A stretch of 64,000 nt of DNA from IMG/VR virus record IMGVR_UViG_2916199983_000001; one strand, 5' to 3'. Positions within the stretch are counted from its first letter, which is position 1. Each line of letters opens with the position of its first letter. Positions 49,971-60,000 of this stretch are shown piece after piece. The notes under the pieces were generated by a model. It made no database searches. It was not told the origin of the DNA and saw only the letters and a list, made by a program, of their open reading frames with translations. The translations under genes and the position numbers were made by a program. The DNA is from a virus. Its lineage: Duplodnaviria; Heunggongvirae; Uroviricota; Caudoviricetes.

Positions 49971-50495
49971 GTGGCCGACCTGACCATAGAGATGTTTTCA
50001 GCACAAGCCGTATACGATTTTTCTGGCTTCGACTGCGGCGAACCATCTCTGAATGATTTCCTGCAAAACCGCCTAGTACAGCAACACAACGGGCGTATAT
50101 TACGCGGCTACCTGCTTCTTACCAAAGATCCGGTGCCGAAAGTTAAGGGTTTTTACACGCTATCCGGGAGCTGTTTTGCAAGACAGACGCTACCATCGAA
50201 CACCCAGAAGCGGAAAATCCCCTACGCAGATGCACCCAGCGTTACGCTTGGCCGCCTGGCAATAGATATCAGCCTACAGAAACAAGGCTACGGTGAGGTT
50301 CTCGTAACGCACGCGTTGAAGGTTGTTTATCAGGCTTCTCGCGCAGTAGGCATATACGCTTTGTTTGTGGATGCACTAAACCAAAGCGCAATGCAGTTCT
50401 ATCAGAAGTTTGGATTCATCCCTTTGACGGGGGCGAATGCGAACTCGCTTTTCTACCCCACGAAAAGCATTGAAGAGCTGTTTGAAACAGAGTAA
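49971..50495 (+). CDS. GNAT acetyltransferase toxin (TacT/AtaT-like)
   Basis: GNAT fold motifs (RLAIDISLQKQGYGEVLV, FYQKFGF). GTG start. Confidence 0.7.
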   Translation: MADLTIEMFSAQAVYDFSGFDCGEPSLNDFLQNRLVQQHNGRILRGYLLLTKDPVPKVKGFYTLSGSCFARQTLPSNTQKRKIPYADAPSVTLGRLAIDISLQKQGYGEVLVTHALKVVYQASRAVGIYALFVDALNQSAMQFYQKFGFIPLTGANANSLFYPTKSIEELFETE

Positions 50496-50498
50496 ACG

Positions 50499-50528
50499 AA
50501 GCCCCTCAATCGAGGGGCTTTTTTTATT
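50499..50528. terminator. bidirectional terminator
   Basis: AAGCCCCTCaatCGAGGGGCTTTTTTTATTT. Confidence 0.6.
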
Positions 50529-50760
50529 TCAAGGCTTGTCTGTCCTGCCAGTTACACAATCGCTCTCCCATCGTGTTATGGAAGAGGATCTCACGTTCCG
50601 TCTCTTCGGTCATAAAGTCGTCGTTACTGACATAAATAGGGTTTGCTGCATCGCAGAACAGCACGCCGGAAGTCTGTGTCTTAATCACGCAGCCACTTAT
50701 CATGCAGCTCGCGATGAACAGCAGAAGCATCTTTCCGCCGCACTTCATTAAGTGTCTCAT
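50524..50760 (-). CDS. putative o-spanin (Rz1-like lipoprotein)
   Basis: Start ATG 50760 (MRHLMKCGGKMLLLFIASCMISGC) with a lipobox. It overlaps the i-spanin gene out of frame. Confidence 0.45.
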   Translation of the reverse strand: MRHLMKCGGKMLLLFIASCMISGCVIKTQTSGVLFCDAANPIYVSNDDFMTEETEREILFHNTMGERLCNWQDRQALK

Positions 50761-50932
50761 TTTTGACGTCCACTGTGCTTTGAAGCCTTTTCCTGTCCTC
50801 CTGTCTGGCCTTCTCTTCGATTGCTTGCCGGGCCGCACGACCTCCCATCGTATAAGCACCGACAAGCACGAAAAGAACGGCAGCCAGAGTCATCAGAGCA
50901 AACTTCAGCTTTGAAAATAGGCTGCCGGTCAT
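50681..50932 (-). CDS. putative i-spanin (Rz-like)
   Basis: Start ATG 50932 (MTGSLFSKLKFALMTLAAVLFVLVG). An N-terminal TM is followed by a charged coiled coil. Confidence 0.45.
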   Translation of the reverse strand: MTGSLFSKLKFALMTLAAVLFVLVGAYTMGGRAARQAIEEKARQEDRKRLQSTVDVKNETLNEVRRKDASAVHRELHDKWLRD

Positions 50933-50933
50933 A

Positions 50934-51626
50934 TCAGACCATCCCGTTCTGGTGTTTTCGCACCTGTGACCAGGCGATAAAGCCAGCCACCACAATGGTC
51001 GCGATACCGAAGATGATCCGAACCGTATCACCACTGGTGATGTGTCCCTGCGCCTTGTCCATTGCCGCAGAGACCTGTGGCATGACGTCGGCCAGCTGTG
51101 CCAGACCAATTCCCGCCGTAACGGTCGCACCGGCAGTTTCTTTGGTTACAGGAACAGCCTTCACGGTTTTCACCGGCTTAACGACACCAGCGCGACGTAG
51201 ACCTTCCTCAATAACTTCTGCCGCATACCAGGTGTTCGGCGTTTTGAGCGGGCCACGGCCATTTTCATGACGGATAATCGCCTCCACCAGCGGACGCAGA
51301 GTGTCGTAGTCGTGCAGATCGATAATCATGTCCGGGGTCACGCCAACGGCTTTAGATACCTCGTTCACGTAAGCTACGGTGTTGTTTTCATGCGGAGGCG
51401 CCCAGCGTTCGATGACTTCGCGGATCGTATCGATGCTGGAGCCATCCTTCGCGCGGCGCTTGTCGTGGTAGGTAATGAGCGTTACTGCCAGCGCTCGAAT
51501 GCCCCATACGGGATCTTTGAACGTGCAGAAACGCGGTTCGGCAGGGTTGTCAATTAACCCCTGCCACGGCGAACCTTTGTCGAGGTTGCCAGGGTTGTTA
51601 TTACGAATGCCTCTCGGAGTTTTCAT
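50934..51626 (-). CDS. putative endolysin / cell-wall hydrolase with a C-terminal TM segment
   Basis: MKTPRGIRNNNPGNL.... ATG 51626 is preceded by AGGAG. The gene lies between the holin and spanin genes. Confidence 0.45.
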   Translation of the reverse strand: MKTPRGIRNNNPGNLDKGSPWQGLIDNPAEPRFCTFKDPVWGIRALAVTLITYHDKRRAKDGSSIDTIREVIERWAPPHENNTVAYVNEVSKAVGVTPDMIIDLHDYDTLRPLVEAIIRHENGRGPLKTPNTWYAAEVIEEGLRRAGVVKPVKTVKAVPVTKETAGATVTAGIGLAQLADVMPQVSAAMDKAQGHITSGDTVRIIFGIATIVVAGFIAWSQVRKHQNGMV

Positions 51627-51639
51627 CCTTGATCTCCTG

Positions 51640-51975
51640 TTATTGCAGTCCATTCTTCACGCCATAAGCGGCCAGACCCAGCAGCAGCGCGGTAATCAGG
51701 AACGACGTTATCTTTGAGATAATGCCGCCAAAGAACCCGCTGGAGATGGCGTCTAGTCGATTAAGTAGTTTGTCCAGGTTGGAGTGCTGAATGCTGTGTT
51801 GCGAAGGCGTCATATCGCCAAAGTAGGTTTTGAGCTGGTCGTTGACCTCCTGGCCAATTTCCTCACGTAACTCCTTACCTAATTTGCCGACAACTTCACG
51901 CGCAACGATAGCGGCAATGCGCTCTACCTGCTCTGGCGTTACGCCTGCCATCTCGTTCGACATTATTTCCTCCAT
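51640..51975 (-). CDS. putative holin
   Basis: C-terminal TM ISKITSFLITALLLGLAAYGV. Two candidate starts, M1 and M5. M5 (ATG 51963) is preceded by GGAGGAAATA. Confidence 0.45.
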   Translation of the reverse strand: MEEIMSNEMAGVTPEQVERIAAIVAREVVGKLGKELREEIGQEVNDQLKTYFGDMTPSQHSIQHSNLDKLLNRLDAISSGFFGGIISKITSFLITALLLGLAAYGVKNGLQ

Positions 51976-52037
51976 GAATCGTCAAATCGGGATGGCTGTT
52001 TTATACCACAAATCACTCTTACATGGTAGGTAAGTAC

Positions 52038-52826
52038 TTACACACGAGCACCATAAATTGCACCGACTTTAGTCCATGTAGGCACGTTCCCCGTGACAGC
52101 CTTACCCGCCGCGCCACCTCCGTACATTGTCCCCAATCGTCCAGTGGCAGCGGCACCAGCAGCCCCCACATTACCTCCACTACCGCATGTGTATTGGACA
52201 GCAGTAGAGCCGATCAAATATTGAGCGCCAATCCCGGCAGCGGTTAGAGTGCCAGAAGTTGCCGCACGCGAATTTGAAGCTGGTGGCCTTGTAGTGTTTG
52301 CAACACCAAACGGGCGACCGCCCCCACCCATACCACCATCGGCTGAGTTACCGCCACCGCCACCGCCACCACCGGCAATAGCGCCGTTATTGGTTATTCT
52401 TAAACGGGTCCCAATTCCGTTGTTAATAGCAGTGCCACCGGCAGCACCGCCACCTTTAACGCCACCATTACCGCCACGGCCATAGACAGTTACACCTGCG
52501 TTGATTACCAGGCTGATATAAGAGTTGGTAAGCGAACTTGGGAAATCTAAACATGGCACGCCGCTACTGTACGACACCAGATCCCCTGTAATGGTAACAA
52601 CGACTGGTGTCGACCCCTGTGATTTTAAATAGTTGATCAGTGTGTCTTTGTTGTAGTTATGATTCGCACCGATGCTGTAATGAATTTCCGTAGAACGACC
52701 TGCTAACTGAGACATATTCCCAGCAGCAGACAATTGCACCGCAGTTCGAGCCGCGCTCATCCATCTCTGGCCGGTAACACTAACAGCCGAAGATCCAATC
52801 CAACCGGGAACACCGACAATTGGCAC
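52038..52826 (-). CDS. glycine-rich tail fibre-like protein
   Basis: GTG start with TAAGGAG 5 nt upstream. Long GGGGGGGG and GxG tracts. It sits in the tail-fibre block. Confidence 0.55.
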   Translation of the reverse strand: MPIVGVPGWIGSSAVSVTGQRWMSAARTAVQLSAAGNMSQLAGRSTEIHYSIGANHNYNKDTLINYLKSQGSTPVVVTITGDLVSYSSGVPCLDFPSSLTNSYISLVINAGVTVYGRGGNGGVKGGGAAGGTAINNGIGTRLRITNNGAIAGGGGGGGGNSADGGMGGGGRPFGVANTTRPPASNSRAATSGTLTAAGIGAQYLIGSTAVQYTCGSGGNVGAAGAAATGRLGTMYGGGAAGKAVTGNVPTWTKVGAIYGARV

Positions 52827-52890
52827 ACCTAATCTCCTTATTCGATGTGAAAATAGATGATTGGTGGGGAAGCCCCACCAATCGCCTTGA

Positions 52891-55800
52891 TTACATTCTC
52901 GCCTTCAGTTCACGCACTTCCTTGCGCAGCTCCTTGACGGCCTCAACCAGCATACCGATAACGCCGTTATAGTTCAGACGCAGACGAGGCTCTCCGGACT
53001 GATCGTTATGATCAACCGTTACCAGTTCAGGCTGAACATTCTGGACGTCCTGAGCGATGAGGCCGCCAGACTGCTCATACCGGTCACAGACCTGAATCTC
53101 GTACAGAACACCTTCGATCCGATCCAGCTTGTCGAGCGCTCGTTCAATCTTGCGAATATTGCGTTTGCTACGACGGTCAGAGCGGATATAAACGTCATTA
53201 AAGCTGCCATTACCGCCACAAACCCAAGTACCATCATTCTGGAGGTATGCGTTCGCATCCGTGCCGTTTGCGGTACGTGAGTTGTTGATCATGTAAAAAC
53301 CAAACTGACTGTTTCCCAAGCCACCCAAGAAGAATTTGCGATCCGCGTGGTCTTGTCTCAACAACGCTTGTGCAGAGCTTGTACTTACAGCGTTCCTCCC
53401 GAAGATGACGTTCTGGTTACGCATATCTATCCACGCGCCAGAACTGCTGTTGATGGAAAAACGGTTGGCGTAAACCCACGCACTTGACGTGATGTCACCC
53501 GTTACACTCAACGGCTTAAGGCTTTGCAGCGTGCTATTAACGAACCTAAAAACATGGGCGCTATTGGCGTAAACATCCAGAATGCCATCTCCGTTCTGTT
53601 TAAAGCCGGTATCATTATCGCCAAGAACGATTGAATTACCGCCTAACCCGTTTGCAACCCCCAACCCCACACTTCCGTTGATGGTTGCCCCACCACCGAT
53701 ATCAATTCCGTTTGATATTGAAGCACGGCCAGTGGCATTGTTGATGGTTAAAGGACGTAAGCCATTCCAACCGCCATATGCACTGCCAGAATTGGTAAGA
53801 AGAAAATAGGTATTTGCACCGTCGTTACGGATAAAGAAACCGTAGTTTCCACTTACAGCCCTGAATTGGCCTCCATCTGTTTTTGCCGAAGTGACCTGGA
53901 GTTCCCCGGATGCAGTGATTCCGCCAGAGAGTGAACCGCCAGAAATCGGCAATGCACCGACATCAGCCGCAGTAGGTTTGAGAGCAGTGTTGTAATCTCT
54001 GCGCCAGGCAGGGGCATACGCGCTACCGTGATTAATATAGGTGAACTGAGCACAGGCAATCCCACCACCGGTCGTCGTTGTAGGCGTAGTTACTCGGATG
54101 GTCATTGCGCCTTCGGTACCTAAAACCTCGATAACTGCACCAGCAAGACAGATATTGCCGACACCTGTATCAGTGATAATTTTATTGTCGGCATATGACC
54201 AGGAACCCTTCATCATCCAGTACGGCACTTCGAAAGCACCACGCTCCTTCAGCCATGCGATAAATTCAGCGGTAGTCCAATTACCAGCCCCTGTGCTGTA
54301 CGACGCGCTAAATGCTTGCGCGGCCCCAACGTCTTTCGCTGTGGGTTTGTGTGCTGTGGTGTAAACCTGTGCCCAATCAGACCAGTTTGCGTCACCGGCA
54401 TCACGTCGAGATCGCACATATACCGGGGCATGAGCGCCGCTTGTTCCACTCCAACCAACTAAAAGTTCGCCCTCACCAGACGCATAAGCACCTTTCAAGT
54501 GAATAACGTTGCCGTAAGCCGTTGGATAGCTATTGTTATAGGCTTCATACATCTGAATGCCAGGCATGGCACCTTGAGTGTTCGAAGCCAGCGCATTAAC
54601 TCGCCCGCGGGAAACCAACGTCGGGATAGTAATGTTGGCAGAGCCATCGAACATTACGCTGTTGATTGTCCGCGGTGTTTGCAGTTTGGTTGCAGTAGCG
54701 GCATTACCAGTGGTGTTCTGATCACCCTGAATATTCACACCAGGTAGGTTGATATCAGCCGAACCGTCAAATCTCACTCCACCGATCTGGCGTGCAGTCT
54801 GAAGTACAGTCGCAGTGCTGGCATTACCCACCAGCGAACCGGTAATAGAGCCATCCTGATCAGAAATGACGCGATGGTAGACAGTCCCTTCTACAGCGTC
54901 TTCAGGCAGCGTATCCACAACCTCAAGTACTTCCAGAGTTTCGACCACAGCACCGGCAGATTGCAGGTTGACGACCAGCTTCTGAGAGCCAGCACCGGCT
55001 TTGAGGTAAATGTCGTAATTATCGTCAGTCGTGTTAACGGTAGCTACAGTCAACACAGCCGAATCCATAGTGCGATAAGCGACCGCATTCAACGATTTCG
55101 GATCGCCTGCAGCAGTTCGCAGCACAATATCGGCCATTGCAGCAAGCCCTGGCTGCCCGGCTTCGTACCCTGCCCCGCCGATCACTTCGATGTATACGGT
55201 GCTGGTCGACTGTGGCATACGTGCCGTGGACACTTTCACCCACTTCGGCGCATCGGTAGCCATGTCCATTTCAGCCGAAGTCCCTTTCCATTTCACACTG
55301 GCAACACTGGCCTGGGCGTTCTGGGCGTACTCATAAGCCTTCGTTTCTGATTCTTTGGCATTCAGTTCAGAAGTTTTCGCCCCGGCAGCCGCATCGGTCG
55401 CCTCAGTTGCTTTCGTGGATGCCAGAGCAGCAGAGTCAGAGGCTTCTTTGGCTTTAGCTTCAGCCACTGCCATCGCTTCGGTCGCAGTCGCTGCGGAAGC
55501 AGCAGCCTCACCTGCGGATTTGGCAGCAGCTGTTGCAGATCCTTCAGCGGCGGTCTCAGCAGACTTCGCGTTGGTTTCAGAGGTTTTGGCGGCTGCGGCA
55601 GATGCCTCAGAAGCTGTCGCCTGTTCACTGGCAACGTTGGCCTTCTCTGTTGCAGTTGTGGCCGAATCGGCAGCCGCGGTAGCGGATTTGCTCGCAGCAT
55701 CAGCACTGCCAGCTGCGGCAGCGGCACTTTCCACTGCGTGGGCTTCTGAGTTCTGGGCAGCCGCTTTTGATGCTTCGGCAGCCGTTGCGCTCTCCGATGC

Positions 55801-56967
55801 AGCTGTCTCGGACGCCTTTGCATTGGTCTCCGAAGTTTTTGCCTTCTGTTCGCTGGACGCAGCAGCATTTTTACTCGCTAAAGCGGCGTCAGCAGACTCA
55901 CCTGCAGCGGTGGCGCTTTCGGAAGCGGCGTTCGCGCTGGATGCGGCAGCTGACTCGCTGGCAGCAGCAGCCTTCTGTGATGCGTCGGCGTTGGTTTCTG
56001 ACGTTTTGGCAGCCGCAGCACTTGCCGCCGACTCACCGGCGCTCGAAGCAGCATGGGTTTCTGATTCCTTAGCCGCATTTTTTGAGGCCAGCGCATCAGC
56101 TGCACTGCCAGCGGCGGCCTGCTCTGAGGCAGAGGCATTGGTTTCAGAGGTTTTGGCAGCAGCAGCAGAGTCAGACGCAGCAGACGCTGAAGCAGAGGCT
56201 TCGGACGCGCTGGTCGCAGCCTGAGTTTCAGATGCTTTCGCCGCATCTTTGGATGCCGCGGCACTCGTGGCTGATTCTCCCGCTTCAGTCGCTTTGGTAG
56301 ACGCTGTCGCGGCAGACGCAGCAGCTTCTACCTTGAAGCTCTCAGCATTGGTTTCAGACGTTTTGGCAGCGGAAGCGCTTGCACCGGCAGCGTTTTCTGA
56401 TGCAGCAGCTGCGGCAGCACTCTGGCTTGCTTCGGTGGCTTTGGTAGACGCTGTATTGGCGCTTTCCGCAGCGGCCGCGGCACTGGCAGCAGCTTCCCTG
56501 GCCTTGTCGCCAGCGGCATTGATAACGTCGGCGTTATCCGTATACCATTTCTGGTTTGCGTTATGCTCATCGACGATCTGCGTCAGCGACTTCACGGTCA
56601 CTTCCGTACCGTCTTCACGCTCAAGCGTTACCTCATCAACTGCCGTCAACCAGGTGCGCATCGTCTTCGAGTCGGCTGACATTCGGGTCATGAGCGCGGT
56701 AAAGCGTGCGCTGAACTGCGTTAAGTCGCCTTCATAGGTTGTGATGATGCGGCACGGAACGTCCGTCTGGGTCTCGCCCGTGTACGGCTCCGCGAGAATC
56801 AGGCTTGTGTCGCTGATTACACGCTTAATTTCGTACAATTTGTTGTCAGGGCCGATGACGATCATGCCCGGCAGAACGCCGTTGGCGGTCACATTCCAGT
56901 ACGTGCCAGTGCCAGAAAGTGCGTCACTTCCCTGTGTAAATGTGATAGTACCTTCCCTGTACCACAT
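52891..56967 (-). CDS. side tail fibre (lambda Stf-like Ala/Ser-rich shaft, C-terminal intramolecular-chaperone / peptidase-S74-like domain)
   Basis: The central KTSETNA..ASASE repeats match those of lambda Stf. The C-terminal 120 aa (SDRRSKRNIRKIERALDKLDRIEGVLYE...) look like an auto-cleaving chaperone domain. Confidence 0.8.
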   Translation of the reverse strand: MWYREGTITFTQGSDALSGTGTYWNVTANGVLPGMIVIGPDNKLYEIKRVISDTSLILAEPYTGETQTDVPCRIITTYEGDLTQFSARFTALMTRMSADSKTMRTWLTAVDEVTLEREDGTEVTVKSLTQIVDEHNANQKWYTDNADVINAAGDKAREAAASAAAAAESANTASTKATEASQSAAAAAASENAAGASASAAKTSETNAESFKVEAAASAATASTKATEAGESATSAAASKDAAKASETQAATSASEASASASAASDSAAAAKTSETNASASEQAAAGSAADALASKNAAKESETHAASSAGESAASAAAAKTSETNADASQKAAAASESAAASSANAASESATAAGESADAALASKNAAASSEQKAKTSETNAKASETAASESATAAEASKAAAQNSEAHAVESAAAAAGSADAASKSATAAADSATTATEKANVASEQATASEASAAAAKTSETNAKSAETAAEGSATAAAKSAGEAAASAATATEAMAVAEAKAKEASDSAALASTKATEATDAAAGAKTSELNAKESETKAYEYAQNAQASVASVKWKGTSAEMDMATDAPKWVKVSTARMPQSTSTVYIEVIGGAGYEAGQPGLAAMADIVLRTAAGDPKSLNAVAYRTMDSAVLTVATVNTTDDNYDIYLKAGAGSQKLVVNLQSAGAVVETLEVLEVVDTLPEDAVEGTVYHRVISDQDGSITGSLVGNASTATVLQTARQIGGVRFDGSADINLPGVNIQGDQNTTGNAATATKLQTPRTINSVMFDGSANITIPTLVSRGRVNALASNTQGAMPGIQMYEAYNNSYPTAYGNVIHLKGAYASGEGELLVGWSGTSGAHAPVYVRSRRDAGDANWSDWAQVYTTAHKPTAKDVGAAQAFSASYSTGAGNWTTAEFIAWLKERGAFEVPYWMMKGSWSYADNKIITDTGVGNICLAGAVIEVLGTEGAMTIRVTTPTTTTGGGIACAQFTYINHGSAYAPAWRRDYNTALKPTAADVGALPISGGSLSGGITASGELQVTSAKTDGGQFRAVSGNYGFFIRNDGANTYFLLTNSGSAYGGWNGLRPLTINNATGRASISNGIDIGGGATINGSVGLGVANGLGGNSIVLGDNDTGFKQNGDGILDVYANSAHVFRFVNSTLQSLKPLSVTGDITSSAWVYANRFSINSSSGAWIDMRNQNVIFGRNAVSTSSAQALLRQDHADRKFFLGGLGNSQFGFYMINNSRTANGTDANAYLQNDGTWVCGGNGSFNDVYIRSDRRSKRNIRKIERALDKLDRIEGVLYEIQVCDRYEQSGGLIAQDVQNVQPELVTVDHNDQSGEPRLRLNYNGVIGMLVEAVKELRKEVRELKARM

Positions 56968-57003
56968 ATTCTCTCCTTGAAAGGACGGGCATCCATGCCC
57001 GCC

Positions 57004-57026
57004 ATAAGTAAGTACATACCTATATT
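57004..57026 (-). promoter_or_regulatory. hairpin (GGGCATccATGCCC at 56986..56999) plus ATAAGTAAGTACAT motif between the J and side-fibre genes
   Basis: cataagtaagtacatacctatat. Confidence 0.45.
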
Positions 57027-57081
57027 ACTTGTTATAAAAACGCTTTTCTACACTGCATAAAATAACAATTAACGCATTGAG

Positions 57082-60000
57082 TTAGCTAATAACAATACCT
57101 GAAGTACTCTTTTTAACGACTATCACTAATAGGTCGCTGACACGAGATCGAGGCCAACCTCCACTGTTTCCTCTTGTACTTGCAGTAAATGTCAGTGTTT
57201 TGGCACCACGACCTGCAGGCATGTCAAAAATCGCATTATAACATTCCTGCTTCCCTGAACTTGTTGCCTGATAAATCAGTGACCCGTTATGAGTAACTTT
57301 AAAAGTACATTCATCCCAGACATCGTTACTCGTATTACTTTCATATGAGCTTCCCGAAAATAAAATGGGTGGAATAATTATCTGTCGGTCAAAAGATTGA
57401 TCGTCATGAACAGTGACGGTCAGACTTCCGTTAGCATATAAATACTCCCCTGTTGTCGGGTTTTTAAAGTGAGGAAACTCCCTACCCGCTGCTTTAACAA
57501 CATCGCCTATGATCTTTTCAGCTCTTAGCGTGCCATTAATGATACATGTGTCAGCGATAGTGACGTGGTTCAGCGTGCCAGAATTAGCATCTACATTTCC
57601 CCTGAATGTTCCGTTGCAAAACTCGGCTGTTCCATCTTTACGAATACTCCATCCGGATCTTCCTGAAACATAGTCATTTGACTGAATCACGTTGCCAATC
57701 TTGGCATTACTGATCGTCCCGTCTTTAATCCATGCTCCATTCATATAAGCAACACCGTTCTCTATGACAAACGGCGTGGTGATCTTCCCGTTTACGGAGT
57801 TTACCAGGCCAAAACGGTCTGCCTGAACCAAAAACTGCGATAGACCGGTGCTGTCGATACCCAGCGCGATACCTGCAACGTACTTCTGGCCGCCACTGGT
57901 AGACGTTTCCATCTTCAGCGTCCAGGCAGCAGAAACCTTCTTATCGGTATCAGCAATGGCCTTCGCCTGCTCCTGGATGAGAGCCGAGTTACCATCAACT
58001 TCAGCCTTAACCGTATCAATTCTCTTACCGAGAGCACCGTCAGCGTTTGCACGCGCGGTGGCTTCGGATGTGATAGCAGCGTTGATATCTTTGCCGGTCT
58101 GAGCCTGAAGATTGGTGATCTGCCCGGCCAGAGCAGAGTCGGCATCGGTACGCGCTTTCGTCTCCGTGGCAACGGCAGCCTTGATGTCCTCTGCCGTCTG
58201 AGCCTTCAGCGAACTGATCTGCGAAGCCAGAGCACCATCTGCATCGGTTCGAGCCTGGGTCTCTGCCGCAACGGCTGCTTTGATATCCTCACCAGTCTGG
58301 GCCTTCAGTTGGGTGATTTGCTTCGATAGCGCCTCATCCGCTGTGGCTCGGGCAATCTGCTCTTCAGTGAGTGCCGCGCTGATATCCCCTTCAACTTTCG
58401 CCTGCAACGTGGTGATCTGACGAGAAAGCGCTTCGTCCGCAGTCGCACGCGCCTCTTGTTCAGCAACAATGGCCGCTGAGATATCGTCGTTGAGCTGGGC
58501 TTCCAGCTTGGAGATATGCGTCGCAATAGCCTTATCAGCCTCTACGCGAGCCGTTGTCTCTTCCAGAATCGATGCCCGGATGTCCTCACCAATTTCTGCG
58601 CGGATCTCTTCCACTTTTGAGGCCATTGCAGACATATCGTCGGCAAACGTCTTCTGAGTGGTGGCGATCTTCGCGTTATTGACCATTTGCTTGTGCTGGT
58701 CTTCATCCTGACGCAGAGCGAGGTCAATATTGGTTTTGGCCAGAGCCTCGATATTGGTCGATACTTCCGCGCTGGCGCGTTCGACTTCGGCAACGGTCTT
58801 TTTCATCTCTTCGACGGCGGCAACGCTGTCATCGACGGAGGATTTCATTGCCTCAATCTGTTTGGCATTTGCCTTATCGCCTTCGACACGGGCTTCACGC
58901 TCTTCAGCAATCAGCGCGGAGGCATTGTCGAGCGCAGCGTGTGCCGCTTCCACAGCACCTGCAACGGCTTTGCCCTGCTCGGAAACGGTCTCCTGCAACT
59001 CAACCAGAGCCGCATTAGAGTCCTCAACCTGTTGCAGCGCGTCGTTGACCTTGTCCAGCGTGCCAGAGACTTCATTTTTGAGGTCGTTCTGGGCCTGTTC
59101 AAGCCGACCGCTGGTGTCTTCCAGTTTGCTGTCCAGATCGGCAACGGACTGATCAAGCTCTTTCAGGCTTTCTTCCATCTGTTTGTTGATGGCGTCGACC
59201 GCATCCTGAGAGGCTTTAGAGTCGATTTCCTCCAGCAGCTCCTGTCCCAGCTCGGAAGAGGTGATCTTCCCGGTAAGGAATGAGAGGACGTCTCGCGTCA
59301 TCGCTTCCGTACCCAGATTGGAGTTCGGCGGGCTTAACATGCCACGCTTGTTCACCGCGCGAACCCAATAGTACCAGGTCTCGCTATCCCCAAGACCGGC
59401 ATGGGTGAACGTGGTGCTGGCAGCCTCTGCAATCAACTTTGCCGTTTCCAGATCGTTGGTCTGGGAGGCGTACACGTTGATGTGATCGAGGTCGATTGAG
59501 TCCGGGTTGACCCAATTCAGAATCACGTTGCGGTAGTCACCAACGGCCGTCAGAGAGGTAGGAGAGCCTGGCGGCGTCATCGTACCTTTCACCTGGTAAA
59601 CGGTACTGATGATGTCCGTCTTCTTGCCGCTGAACGAAACCGCATAGAGCTGAATGTCGTATTGGCCATTCTCGGCAATATTGAGGATCTCGAACTGCTC
59701 TTCGGTAACGCGTGCGGACTGCCAGTTAGAGACGTTGTTCTCATCGGAACGACGCCAGCTGATCCAATATTCCGCAGACTTACCTTCCCAGGTGGCAACG
59801 AGCTTGATTGAGAGGTTGCCCGGACTGGAGATATACGTCCCTTCCGTCACCTGCAGGTTGGTCGGCTTCGAATAAGTCGGGTCGAGAACGGTGTTGTTCT
59901 CGGGGATCAGCGTCGCGCCGTTGTCGATGGCTTCGTACTTCGATGCGTTATTCTGGACAACGGTAACGTCAAACGTCCCCTGAGCCTCGCCCTGGGCAAC

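Noticed and set aside
52249-52485. Pro-rich plus-strand ORF (PPPPIPPSAELPPPPPPPP)
   Set aside because: It is the antisense of the poly-Gly (GGN)n tract in the Gly-rich fibre gene.
55355-56224. Long Ala-rich plus-strand ORFs (289 aa, 162 aa and others) and several Pro/Arg/Leu-rich minus-frame ORFs inside the side-fibre gene
   Set aside because: They are antisense or alternative-frame readings of the GC-rich Ala/Ser-repeat coding sequence. The low complexity makes open frames inevitable. The true gene is the 1358-codon minus-strand ORF.
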